From: Candidatus Nanopelagicales bacterium
GTDB lineage: Bacteria > Actinomycetota > Actinomycetes > S36-B12
Assembly (NCBI GenBank): GCA_044336815.1
Contig: JBIIOU010000002.1
Coordinates: forward strand, 1 to 49,099
Length of the DNA stretch: 49,099 nt
Direction: 5' to 3'
The notes under the pieces: generated by a model
The model's database searches: none
What the model saw: the letters and a program-made list of their open reading frames with translations, nothing else
What the model was told of the DNA's origin: nothing
Program-made: the position numbers and the translations under genes
Shown: piece by piece, positions 34,876 to 43,376 of the stretch
Numbering within the stretch: position 1 is the stretch's first letter
How the letters are laid out: each line of letters opens with the position of its first letter

Positions 34876-36203
34876 CTGTGACCTCCGCGAAGGATAGAGG
34901 AGCCGACTGGCTGCCTACCTGGAGTACTGATGACATAAATGAGTGGGATAGCGGTCGAGCTTGGCGCACGCTTTGGATTACCACCGGAAACCTCACGCTG
35001 GCCTTCATCACCTGGTTTCTTGTATCAGCCATCGCGCCGAAACTCAACAGTGTCGGGTTCAATCTAAGTGTTGCTCAGTTGTATTGGCTGGCCGCGATGC
35101 CCGGGCTAGCCGGTGGCACCTTGCGGCTTGTCTGGACATTTCTCCCACCAATTGTTGGAACTCGTAAGTTGGTTACCTTCACCACGATTCTCTTCGTCAT
35201 CCCACTTATCGGCTGGGCACTTGCGGTCCAGAATCCGAATACTCCATACGTGGTATTGCTATTCCTCGGGATTTTGGCGGGCATAGGTGGTGGTGCCTTC
35301 TCAGGGTTCATGCCAAGCACTTCATATTTCTTCCCACGCGAAAAGCAGGGCACTGCACTAGGCATCCAGGCTGGGATCGGGAACTTCGGCGTGAGCATCG
35401 TCCAATTCGTTACACCTTGGATAATTGGCATTGGATTAGTTGGCGCCTCGCAGATAATGGTTAATAAGGATACGGGAGCAGAGCGCGATGTCTGGTTCCA
35501 GAATGCCGGATATATTTGGGTGCCCTTCGTACTGGTAGGTACTGCGGCAGCTTGGTTTCTACTGCGAAGTGTGCCGGTTCAGGCTAGAGGGATTCGCGAA
35601 CAATTTGATATTTTCCACAATAAACACACTTGGATTATGACGTACTTATATGTAATTACATTTGGTACTTTCTCAGGTTTGGCGGCAGCCTTTGGTCTGA
35701 TGATTAACAACATTTACGGAAGCGCCAAGTTCGGGGCAGAAGGTATTGACGCTCTGAAGTACGCATTTCTTGGAGCGCTCGTTGGGTCAGCGGCCCGAGT
35801 AATTGCTGGGCCGATAGCTGACCGAGTCGGTGGGGGCAAACTGACCGTCATCTCCACTATCGGGATTTCATTGGGAGCGGTTTTTACCCTGGGTCAACTA
35901 AATCCAACTTCAGCAGCGGAGTTCCCAACTTTCCTTGCGGGGATGTTGGTCATCTTCTTTTTCGCAGGTGTTGGCAATGCAAGTACCTTCAAACAGATAC
36001 CAATGATTTTCGAGAAGCGACAGGCCGGGAGCGTCATCGGGTGGACGTCGGCAATCGCTGCATACGGTCCATTTGGTTTCGGCATCCTGCTTGCCTCAAT
36101 TTCTCCTACTATTTTCTTCAGCCTCGGGGTGATATTCGGCCTGATCGCCGCCGTCGTAGCCTGGTGGTACTACGTCAGGCCAGGTGCCGAAAGGCCTTGC
36201 TAG
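34872..36203 (+). CDS. narK: MFS nitrate/nitrite antiporter, NNP family (NarK2-like)
   Basis: 443 aa MFS with TALGIQAGIGNFGVSIVQF and FFFAGVGNASTFKQIP motifs. The start is ATGA-coupled to the preceding narK. Confidence 0.85.
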   Translation: MTVTSAKDRGADWLPTWSTDDINEWDSGRAWRTLWITTGNLTLAFITWFLVSAIAPKLNSVGFNLSVAQLYWLAAMPGLAGGTLRLVWTFLPPIVGTRKLVTFTTILFVIPLIGWALAVQNPNTPYVVLLFLGILAGIGGGAFSGFMPSTSYFFPREKQGTALGIQAGIGNFGVSIVQFVTPWIIGIGLVGASQIMVNKDTGAERDVWFQNAGYIWVPFVLVGTAAAWFLLRSVPVQARGIREQFDIFHNKHTWIMTYLYVITFGTFSGLAAAFGLMINNIYGSAKFGAEGIDALKYAFLGALVGSAARVIAGPIADRVGGGKLTVISTIGISLGAVFTLGQLNPTSAAEFPTFLAGMLVIFFFAGVGNASTFKQIPMIFEKRQAGSVIGWTSAIAAYGPFGFGILLASISPTIFFSLGVIFGLIAAVVAWWYYVRPGAERPC

Positions 36204-36303
36204 GCCAGTCTTGGCTTAACCACCTGTACACCAACATGTAACTTCCTGTACCCTTCGTGGCTAGTGCGCGTTCAATTGCGGCAGGACAATTAGAGGTGGG
36301 CGA

Positions 36304-36474
36304 ATGCTGGAGATCGTGGGCTACATAGATGCTGGCTCGGGTTCGTACCTATTGGCGGCCATTGCTAGTGGCGCGGCAGGCACCTGGTTCTTTCTGCGGT
36401 CAAAGTTTGCAGATTTGCGGGGCCGCGGTTCGAAGAACGCTGAGCAGACTCCCGACAGCACACTCTCCGAGTAG
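36304..36474 (+). CDS. Small (56 aa) single-TM protein, absent from the ORF track because it is under 60 aa (hypothetical)
   Basis: ATG 36304 is preceded by GAGGTGGG. The product is MLEIVGYIDAGSGSYLLAAIASGAAGTWFFLRSKFADLRGRGSKNAEQTPDSTLSE. Its TAG stop overlaps the GTG of the next gene (TAGTG), and third codon positions are mostly G/C. Confidence 0.5.
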   Translation: MLEIVGYIDAGSGSYLLAAIASGAAGTWFFLRSKFADLRGRGSKNAEQTPDSTLSE

Positions 36475-37931
36475 TGCCCGCAGTACCCACGGGGTCGACG
36501 AGTTTTCGCGATCCCGAGAATGCCGCCTTCTTTCACGAAGGTACTTGGTATCGCATCGCCGGGCCTTCATCGTCTCAAGCTTTGAGCCTACTGCGCGGGT
36601 CACCGCTGTATGGGGCATTGGTGAGCGATGGATCAATACTTTCGTATGAGAGCGCAGCTGCCGAATTAGCACTAGACGTTTTGCACGCTTACAGCGCGAA
36701 GTCAGGGCGCCAGCCACATAGCGCTGCTGAGGTCTTTAGCGTCGAGACCGCCCCGCTAATCACTTACCCATGGGAGTGGCCCAACTCGCTCCTCGAAGCG
36801 GCAGCCAAGTTGACATTGTCCTTACGAATGCAACTCCTAGAAGTGGGACTCGACCTAAAGGATGCGTCGGCGTTCAATGTTCAGTTCGTCGGGATGAAGC
36901 CGGTATTCATTGATATAGGTTCAATAGAGATGTGGCGACCGAATCCATCCTGGAATGCATCGCGGCAGTTCATCGAGAATTTCATCAATCCGCTCGCAGT
37001 CGGATCAGGTGAGCATGTAACCGCAGCCGATGCTTGGGAGTTGTCAAGGCACCGAGGTCTTAAGTCGAGCGCTGCTCGGCAACTTCTACCCCGGAGTAAG
37101 CGCCGAAGTTTTTCATTGCGACTATTGCAAGCGACGACGAGGCCGGTCGCAGCCAATGCGCCCAGCGAGACTGAATTTGCTGAAAGGGCCGCGCGCAATA
37201 AGGATTTGGCGCTAAAAGCCACACAGGGTTTGACCCGCAGGCTGCTAAAGCAGGTGACGAAATTACATAGCACCGCCCACCGCACCACCTGGGTTGACTA
37301 CGGCACTCGCGAGCACTACGGCAGTGATGACTTAGTACGAAAGTCAGATTTCGCCGCAGATTTCGTGAAGGCTGCACCGGGGCGGGGTGAGCTAGTACTT
37401 GATGTCGGCGGTAACGATGGGTTTACCGCGGCCCACCTTGTCCGTAACACCGATGCAAATGTCGTAGTTCTTGATGCGGATGCCGGTGCACTTGATGTGC
37501 TTCACGCGGGTATCTCAACAACCCCGGATCTAGTCGGTCGGGTAACGCCGATACTTGGTGACATCACCAATTTGATGCCGGCCACCGGCCTTCTGGACGC
37601 TGAGTTTTCGGCCTTCATCGAGCGCGTTCACCCAACTGCGATCACCTGCCAAGCAGTACTCCACCATGTAGTAATTACCCAGGGCACACCAATGGGTTTT
37701 GCGGTCGATGCACTCGCCCGTTTCGGTGCTCCGGTTCAGATCGAGTTCGCAAACGAAGAAGATGCGAAGGTAAAAATCCTGCTTGCGCAGATCCCTAACT
37801 GGCAGGGTGAGTATTCAACCGACGCGCTACTTGAGGCGCTTAGGGCGAGATTCGCTGATGTCGAGGTCGTTGGCACTACCTCCCCAACCCGCGTTGTCGT
37901 TAATGCTTGGAATCAACTGGATCTGCAGTGA
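36474..37931 (+). CDS. Class I SAM-dependent methyltransferase-like protein with an N-terminal 'FRDP…YPWEW' domain
   Basis: The N-terminus has SFRDPENAAFFHEGTWYRI…ITYPWEWPNSLLEAAAKLTLSLRMQLLEVGLDLKDASAFNVQFVGMKPVFIDIGSIE. The C-terminal Rossmann motif I-like segment is ELVLDVGGNDGF, followed by VVLDAD. The family was recognised from memory only. Confidence 0.65.
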   Translation: MPAVPTGSTSFRDPENAAFFHEGTWYRIAGPSSSQALSLLRGSPLYGALVSDGSILSYESAAAELALDVLHAYSAKSGRQPHSAAEVFSVETAPLITYPWEWPNSLLEAAAKLTLSLRMQLLEVGLDLKDASAFNVQFVGMKPVFIDIGSIEMWRPNPSWNASRQFIENFINPLAVGSGEHVTAADAWELSRHRGLKSSAARQLLPRSKRRSFSLRLLQATTRPVAANAPSETEFAERAARNKDLALKATQGLTRRLLKQVTKLHSTAHRTTWVDYGTREHYGSDDLVRKSDFAADFVKAAPGRGELVLDVGGNDGFTAAHLVRNTDANVVVLDADAGALDVLHAGISTTPDLVGRVTPILGDITNLMPATGLLDAEFSAFIERVHPTAITCQAVLHHVVITQGTPMGFAVDALARFGAPVQIEFANEEDAKVKILLAQIPNWQGEYSTDALLEALRARFADVEVVGTTSPTRVVVNAWNQLDLQ

Positions 37932-39970
37932 GCGCAGCGCGGCATTCAGTAAGTTCTTGGATAGGGGACCGTCGCAATAACAGCCCTCGCGATATCGCAG
38001 CCTGGCTGGTTGCGCCATTCATTTTGGTGGTGGTGATACCAGCCAACGAAAAAATCGCGAGCAATGCGGTGTTCTTCGCCGCACATAGTGTCTCGCCGAT
38101 TACCTGGCTCGCGGTGCTCGCTGTGTTCCTTGTTGTCCTTTGGCTTGTTCTTTCCGTCATATTGAATCTTGTTAGAAAAAAAACTACGCCTCTGGCTTTT
38201 GACTACGTGGCTTCAATCCTGATGTTCTTGACAACTTGGTTCCTTGCCGGCAATCTGGGATCGCGTTTATTTAGCTCGAGCGCACCCATCCTCGGGCTGC
38301 TGCTTGGCTTGCTGATTGCGGCACTACTCACCCAACTTTCCCGTCGCATCATGATGGGCAAGGCCCTAGTGATATTTGCCGCGGTTGCCGCATTCTTCCC
38401 GGTAGTCATGAGCCTAACCGTGGGCAGTGATGCGTCGGCAGCCGAACTCACTTTCAAGGATTCGGATGCTCGGCCAAACATCATCTGGGTGATATCGGAC
38501 GAGTTGCAGTACCCACTGGCATTTGATGAACAAGGCTTAGTGCGAAAGGAACTTCCAAACCTCGCCAAGTTACAAGAGTCAGCGACAACCTACACCCACG
38601 CCTACGCGACTGCGAATTACACCGATTACGCCGTGCCATCGCAACTTGCTGGTATTTCGGATGTGGCAGGTGAAGGTGAAGAGCGCATGGAAAAGGTGCG
38701 AAGTAGCATCGGGATTGTGCCGAGCTTGGCGGCGAAGTACTCGGTGGTGATGCAATCACCGATTTACCACTTTGAATGCGATAACACCGCCTGTGCCAGC
38801 GCAGGCTCGGATCAAGACTCGAATATTTTTGTTCGCTACTTGAGCTTTGTTAAGGACACCGCCGCGGTGGCTGGGCGCACGGCATTGGCACCACCGTTTT
38901 CGAATGCATTTCCCTCACTCGATGGTAAATGGCGTGATTTCTGGAGTGGTGGCGATGAGTTTGGTGACAACGCTGACGGTAACTCTGTCCAAAAGGTAAT
39001 TGACGGCATAGGCCGCGCCCACTCAGGCAATCCGAACAGCCCGCTATTCGCTTTTTGGCACAGCATTCGTACCCACGCTCCTTGGTCGGTTGATCGTGAG
39101 GGCAAGGAGATATATCCCTCCCGCCTCCCAGTTGTCGAGGGTGCGCACATGGTTGGAAGCGACGAAAATGGCCTCTATACGTCGCCGGAATTGCAATCAA
39201 TGGAACGAAGGCTTTACGCGAACGCAGCGGTTGACTTCGATCGCCAACTGGGTGAACTTTTGGACACCCTTAAATCAGACGGACTATTTGAGAACACGAT
39301 GATCATCATCACGGCTGATCATGGCGCCGGGATGACCGTCTCCCGTGATCGACGTCTGGGGGATACCGACGAACAGTTATGGACTGAAGTTGCGCACGTG
39401 CCGCTATTGATTAAAGCCCCAAATCAAATAACTGCCACGACTGTCTCCGAACCCCGCTCGACCGGGCAAATTGCCCAGACAGTAGTCGATGCGGCGCTCG
39501 CCACGACCGCGAAGGAATTTATTTTGTCACCAGACTTGGGCCAGGCACCAAAAACCGGACCAGTCTTTACGACAGTTGCATACGGTGGGGTTATGACACC
39601 ATGGGTGTATTCGGGCCAATCGGAGCCGTCACCTTGGTTAGCCGAAGACTTGTCACCACCCAATGCGGAACATCCATTCTCGATTGGCATCGACCCCGCA
39701 CTAATTAACGCGCCGGTACCGGCTGGGTGGAATGAATTGGCTAATGCCGCAATTGATGCACTACCTGGTGAGTCAGACCAGCAATTGCTCGTGGTGGATC
39801 GACCTACGGGCTCGTGCGCGATCGGCCAACACGTCGGCTTAGTGAGTTCAAATGGCATAGTCATCGGCTCGGTATTGTGGGAGCAAGGCAGACAGGCCAC
39901 CGGGCCAACCACCCGTGGATGGGCGATTGTGCCGCGAGCAGATGATTACTCGGTGTGGTGTGCTAACTAA
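37928..39970 (+). CDS. Membrane-anchored sulfatase/alkaline-phosphatase-superfamily transferase (LtaS/phosphoglycerol-transferase-like)
   Basis: About 5 N-terminal TM helices precede an extracytoplasmic domain with PNIIWVISDE…, …YATANYTDYAVPS… (candidate Thr nucleophile) and IIITADHGAG. GTG 37928 overlaps the preceding TGA (GTGA). TTG 37907 is an alternative start. Confidence 0.75.
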   Translation: MSAARHSVSSWIGDRRNNSPRDIAAWLVAPFILVVVIPANEKIASNAVFFAAHSVSPITWLAVLAVFLVVLWLVLSVILNLVRKKTTPLAFDYVASILMFLTTWFLAGNLGSRLFSSSAPILGLLLGLLIAALLTQLSRRIMMGKALVIFAAVAAFFPVVMSLTVGSDASAAELTFKDSDARPNIIWVISDELQYPLAFDEQGLVRKELPNLAKLQESATTYTHAYATANYTDYAVPSQLAGISDVAGEGEERMEKVRSSIGIVPSLAAKYSVVMQSPIYHFECDNTACASAGSDQDSNIFVRYLSFVKDTAAVAGRTALAPPFSNAFPSLDGKWRDFWSGGDEFGDNADGNSVQKVIDGIGRAHSGNPNSPLFAFWHSIRTHAPWSVDREGKEIYPSRLPVVEGAHMVGSDENGLYTSPELQSMERRLYANAAVDFDRQLGELLDTLKSDGLFENTMIIITADHGAGMTVSRDRRLGDTDEQLWTEVAHVPLLIKAPNQITATTVSEPRSTGQIAQTVVDAALATTAKEFILSPDLGQAPKTGPVFTTVAYGGVMTPWVYSGQSEPSPWLAEDLSPPNAEHPFSIGIDPALINAPVPAGWNELANAAIDALPGESDQQLLVVDRPTGSCAIGQHVGLVSSNGIVIGSVLWEQGRQATGPTTRGWAIVPRADDYSVWCAN

Positions 39971-39991
39971 GATCAACGAAATGGAAATCAG

Positions 39992-40765
39992 ATGAATACT
40001 CAGACCGAGACCACCTGGCCGGCCAATGTGCGCACCTTGGCCGTAGACATTGGCGGCTCTGGCATCAAAGCTTCGGTGTTGAGTGCGAAAGGTGAGATGG
40101 TCGTAGATCGGGTGCGCCTTGACACCCCCTACCCGTGCCCACCGGCGACCTTGGTTTCGACCATTGAGCAAGTTGTCAGCGGGATGGGCGATGTTCAGCG
40201 GGCCTCGGTTGGTTTTCCAGGCTTGGTGCGTGGTGGCCGTGTTGTTGAAGTACCGTCACTCTCGCGCCGCAAGTATGACGGTGATGCCGACCCGGACTTA
40301 GCAGCTTCGTGGTCAGGATTTGATCTAGGTGGCGCCTTAGCCAAAGTCTTCGGGGTGCCGACCAAGGTGGTAAACGATGCTGACATGCAAGGGTGCGCTG
40401 TAGTTGCAGGTGGGGGCCTGGAGTTCGTAATGACTTTAGGTACTGGAGTCGGAACGGCCCTGTTTTATAACTCGAAGTTATTGCCCCATCTTGAACTTTC
40501 GCACGGTATGTATTCAAAGAAGTTGACGATTGACAAGGCGTTGGGCAATGTGGAGCGCAAGAGTGCCGGAAACAAGAAGTGGGAAGATCGGGTTCACAGG
40601 TGCGTCGAGATATTCGCCGAGATGCTGTGGTTTGACCACATTTATATCGGCGGCGGTAACGCACAATTGCTGAACGAAAAAGCTTTCGGGCCCAAGGCGA
40701 GCATCATTGCGAATTCAGCCGGCATCATCGGCGGGGTCCGTGTCTGGGAACTAGATCAGCGGTAA
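39992..40765 (+). CDS. ppgK: Polyphosphate glucokinase (ROK family)
   Basis: LAVDIGGSGIKASVL…SVGFPGLVRGGRV…VVNDADMQG…LTLGTGVGTALF…IYIGGGNA matches the actinobacterial PpgK/ROK pattern. Confidence 0.85.
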   Translation: MNTQTETTWPANVRTLAVDIGGSGIKASVLSAKGEMVVDRVRLDTPYPCPPATLVSTIEQVVSGMGDVQRASVGFPGLVRGGRVVEVPSLSRRKYDGDADPDLAASWSGFDLGGALAKVFGVPTKVVNDADMQGCAVVAGGGLEFVMTLGTGVGTALFYNSKLLPHLELSHGMYSKKLTIDKALGNVERKSAGNKKWEDRVHRCVEIFAEMLWFDHIYIGGGNAQLLNEKAFGPKASIIANSAGIIGGVRVWELDQR

Positions 40766-40999
40766 TCCGCGCGCACATCCGTCGGGAGTACGAGGAGAAG
40801 AGCCCGTCCACGAGCATCCCGAGAATCTCGCACAAGCCAGTTAACTAGTGAGAGGTTTTCTCTAGCCTCTCGCAAAGCTCATTAAGGAGGTACCGTTCTT
40901 AGAATAGGGTAGAAGTATTCTGTTTCAAGAACTGCTTCGTTACTTTAAATATGGCGGCTAGCCCTCCCGGCTTTCAACCAGATAGATGGGAAATAGAAG

Positions 41000-41650
41000 A
41001 TGAGAGTGCAACTTCCAAAGGCAATTTTCTTGGCCTTTGCAATGTCCACGCTTGTGGTCAGTGCGTGCAGTTCGGGGTCCTCGGAGTCTGCAAGCCCAGT
41101 GGCAACCACACCAGCAGCGGAGTCTGCAGAAGAAGTTCAGACCCCAGGGGACTACAAGATTGGTGACACCGGTCCCGGTGGTGGGATCGTGTTTTTTGAC
41201 GCGGGCTCCGTGCAGCCGTGGGGTCGGTATTTGGAGGCAGGGCCGCAACTCGCTCCCACCGAGTGGTGCGGTGAGGATTGGGAATTGGACATCCCAGGAA
41301 CGATGACAACGATCGGGTCGGGTGCGGCGAATACGAAACTGATGGCGGATGCCTGTAAGGCAGGTGCCGCTACTTCAGTGATTGAGTTTGATGGAGGTGG
41401 GAAGACCGATTGGTTCTTGCCCTCCAAAGATGAACTTAACGTGGTGTACGAACAGCGAGAAACTATTGGTGGGTTTGGGGTTGGCAACGACGGGAGTTCC
41501 TTTGATGCCTATTGGAGTTCCACGCAGAGCGATGCGGGCACCACGGGGTTCACGGACGTCGTTTGGACCCAGTACTTCGACGGTGGCGAGCAGCAGGGGA
41601 ATGACTGTAAGTGCAACTTTTATGGCGTTCTTCCGGTCCGGGCTTTTTAG
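41000..41650 (+). CDS. Lipoprotein with a DUF1566-like (Lcl C-terminal) domain
   Basis: Signal peptide with lipobox MSTLVVSAC|SSGS. It also has GDTGPGGGIVFFDAG… and DWFLPSKDELNVVY…YWSST, typical of DUF1566 proteins. Confidence 0.7.
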   Translation: MRVQLPKAIFLAFAMSTLVVSACSSGSSESASPVATTPAAESAEEVQTPGDYKIGDTGPGGGIVFFDAGSVQPWGRYLEAGPQLAPTEWCGEDWELDIPGTMTTIGSGAANTKLMADACKAGAATSVIEFDGGGKTDWFLPSKDELNVVYEQRETIGGFGVGNDGSSFDAYWSSTQSDAGTTGFTDVVWTQYFDGGEQQGNDCKCNFYGVLPVRAF

Positions 41651-41718
41651 CCTTTCATCACTTCACCTATTTATCACTTCAGGTATGCGGCTGGCTTGCT
41701 TCGGGATGCGTTGTTTGC

Positions 41719-41762
41719 GGTGGCCAGGGACGGGGTCGAACCGTCGACCTTCCGAGTTTCAG
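41719..41762 (-). repeat. 44-bp exact copy of the 3' half of tRNA-Phe, from anticodon loop to CC (att-like direct repeat)
   Basis: ggtggccagggacggggtcgaaccgtcgaccttccgagtttcag is identical to 46025-46068 inside the intact tRNA-Phe gene. The flanking bases differ on both sides. Confidence 0.95.
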
Positions 41763-41858
41763 ATGGGTGCTCGGCATACAAATAGGTCTTTACGGTCATG
41801 CACCGTCAGTGAGGGGATCTTGTGAATCCCTCGTAGTTGGCTCTGGTGTTGCAGAGTC

Positions 41859-41877
41859 TGTGCACATGGTGTGCACA
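41859..41877. promoter_or_regulatory. Two copies of the 8-bp palindrome TGTGCACA separated by 3 bp (candidate operator)
   Basis: TGTGCACA-TGG-TGTGCACA, read directly from the AT-richer segment just inside the islet's left end. Confidence 0.35.
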
Positions 41878-42136
41878 TAGATTCGTTTCCAAGTATCAGT
41901 CGGCCATGGTTTACCTCGTTGGTGTCAGTAATTCGGATAATTCCAATGTACTCATGAAACTTCTCCACTACATCCGAGCTGTGTGTGATTATTTCATGCA
42001 TAGCGGGCATAGACCCGCAGGTTGGTTTCTGATCATTTGATTAGGCCCAATCAGAAGCAACTTCGTGGGGGATTTGGAATTGGTCCGCGCCGCGTTGGTG
42101 AACTACCCGGCGAAACTGGCTCCCGCATGATGGGAT

Positions 42137-43282
42137 GTGAACATGAGTACTGCGCCCGTCGCTCGCCGCCCACTTCCGGCCATGCTGCTAGCTGCGGTAA
42201 TTGGTCTGGTTTTCGGCTACATTGTTCTAGAGGTTCTCAACGCTGGAATTATTGCGATTTGGGAGACAATTCCTGGGAACTGGACGTCCACTCCCGCCTG
42301 GTATTTATTTGGAATCCTCCTAGTTTCCGCAGTATTGGTATTCGTGATCCGGAAGTTCGTCGGGGATGCCGGACACTCACCAATTGGTGGAATCAAGGTA
42401 AGCAGCGTGACGCCGAAGGAGTACCTCGGTGTGATCTTGGCAATTTTTGCCTCTCTTTGGGGTGGCATCGTGCTCGGCCCCGAAGTTGCACTTGTCGCAA
42501 CTGGATCACTGATCGGTGGTCTTGTTGCCAAGTGGATGCACTTAATTGATGCTAAGGATCAGAAGAAGGTGGTTGGGTTCGGAGCCTTGGGTGCGCTTTT
42601 GGCTTTGTTCGTCGGGCCGATCCTCTCTGGCAGCCTCAAGCTAGGAAGCACCCCCGCAGCTATCGAAGTAGATCAGCTGGGTTGGGCAATTGTCGTGGCC
42701 ATAATCGTGGCGGTCATCATTACGATCGCGCGTGTAGTTGCGGCATTGATCGAACGCGCAACCGGCAGCGCTCCGAACCTGCCGATCCTGTTAGCGGCCG
42801 CAGTCATTGTTGGCATCAGTGCGCTTATCGTCCAGAGCCGTACAGGTGAGGGCATTTTGTTCATCGTCACTTCTGGGGAAGATTTCATCACGAGACTGTC
42901 TACTTTGACGTCTACGTCAACGGTGCTAGCGATCATCATTTTCAAGGCCATTGCTTATGCGGTATCCCTAGGTTGTGGATTCCGCGGCGGCCCGTTCTTC
43001 CCAGCCATGTTTGTAGGGGCCGCGGTGGGCCTGCTCATCTCGCTGGCCTTGGGCGACTCCGGACCTTCGGTGCCAGCAGCAGTTATTGTCGGCGTGATCG
43101 CTTCATTAATAGCCACGGCACCGATGAAGTGGCCGATTGTGATCATCCTTGGTGTTGTTCTCGGCTTGCTGATGGGCACTTGGACGTTAGTGCCCGCGGC
43201 GCTGATCGGTGCAGTCGTCGCGCGACTAATCCCGCGCTGGGGCGACCGCGTGATAGAAAATCCGAAAGTTACCGCGCACTAG
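42137..43282 (+). CDS. ClC-family (voltage-gated chloride channel-like) membrane protein, short form without CBS domains
   Basis: It is polytopic. The motifs align by eye to ClC-ec1: GSGIP region -> GHSPIGG, VLGREGP -> VLGPEVA (the Glu is retained), GGIFAP -> GGPFFP. The start is GTG 42137 or ATG 42143. Confidence 0.7.
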   Translation: MNMSTAPVARRPLPAMLLAAVIGLVFGYIVLEVLNAGIIAIWETIPGNWTSTPAWYLFGILLVSAVLVFVIRKFVGDAGHSPIGGIKVSSVTPKEYLGVILAIFASLWGGIVLGPEVALVATGSLIGGLVAKWMHLIDAKDQKKVVGFGALGALLALFVGPILSGSLKLGSTPAAIEVDQLGWAIVVAIIVAVIITIARVVAALIERATGSAPNLPILLAAAVIVGISALIVQSRTGEGILFIVTSGEDFITRLSTLTSTSTVLAIIIFKAIAYAVSLGCGFRGGPFFPAMFVGAAVGLLISLALGDSGPSVPAAVIVGVIASLIATAPMKWPIVIILGVVLGLLMGTWTLVPAALIGAVVARLIPRWGDRVIENPKVTAH

Positions 43283-43376
43283 TTCGGGGCTGGCAAAGCA
43301 GGCTCAAGATTCATTCCAAGCATTAAGGAAACGGGGTCATCAGGTACTCGCTCTGGAGAGAGAGTAGCCTGCCGAA

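Noticed and set aside
41382-41880. ORFs 41382-41825 and 41611-41880 running across the att-like repeat
   Set aside because: The first is an alternative frame of the lipoprotein gene. Both read through the tRNA-derived repeat and AT-rich non-coding DNA, and neither has a motif or RBS.
42022-42549. 175-aa plus-strand ORF overlapping the 5' part of the ClC-like gene
   Set aside because: It is an alternative frame of a clearly membrane-protein-coding region, and its Arg/Trp/Cys-rich composition is typical of an off-frame translation.
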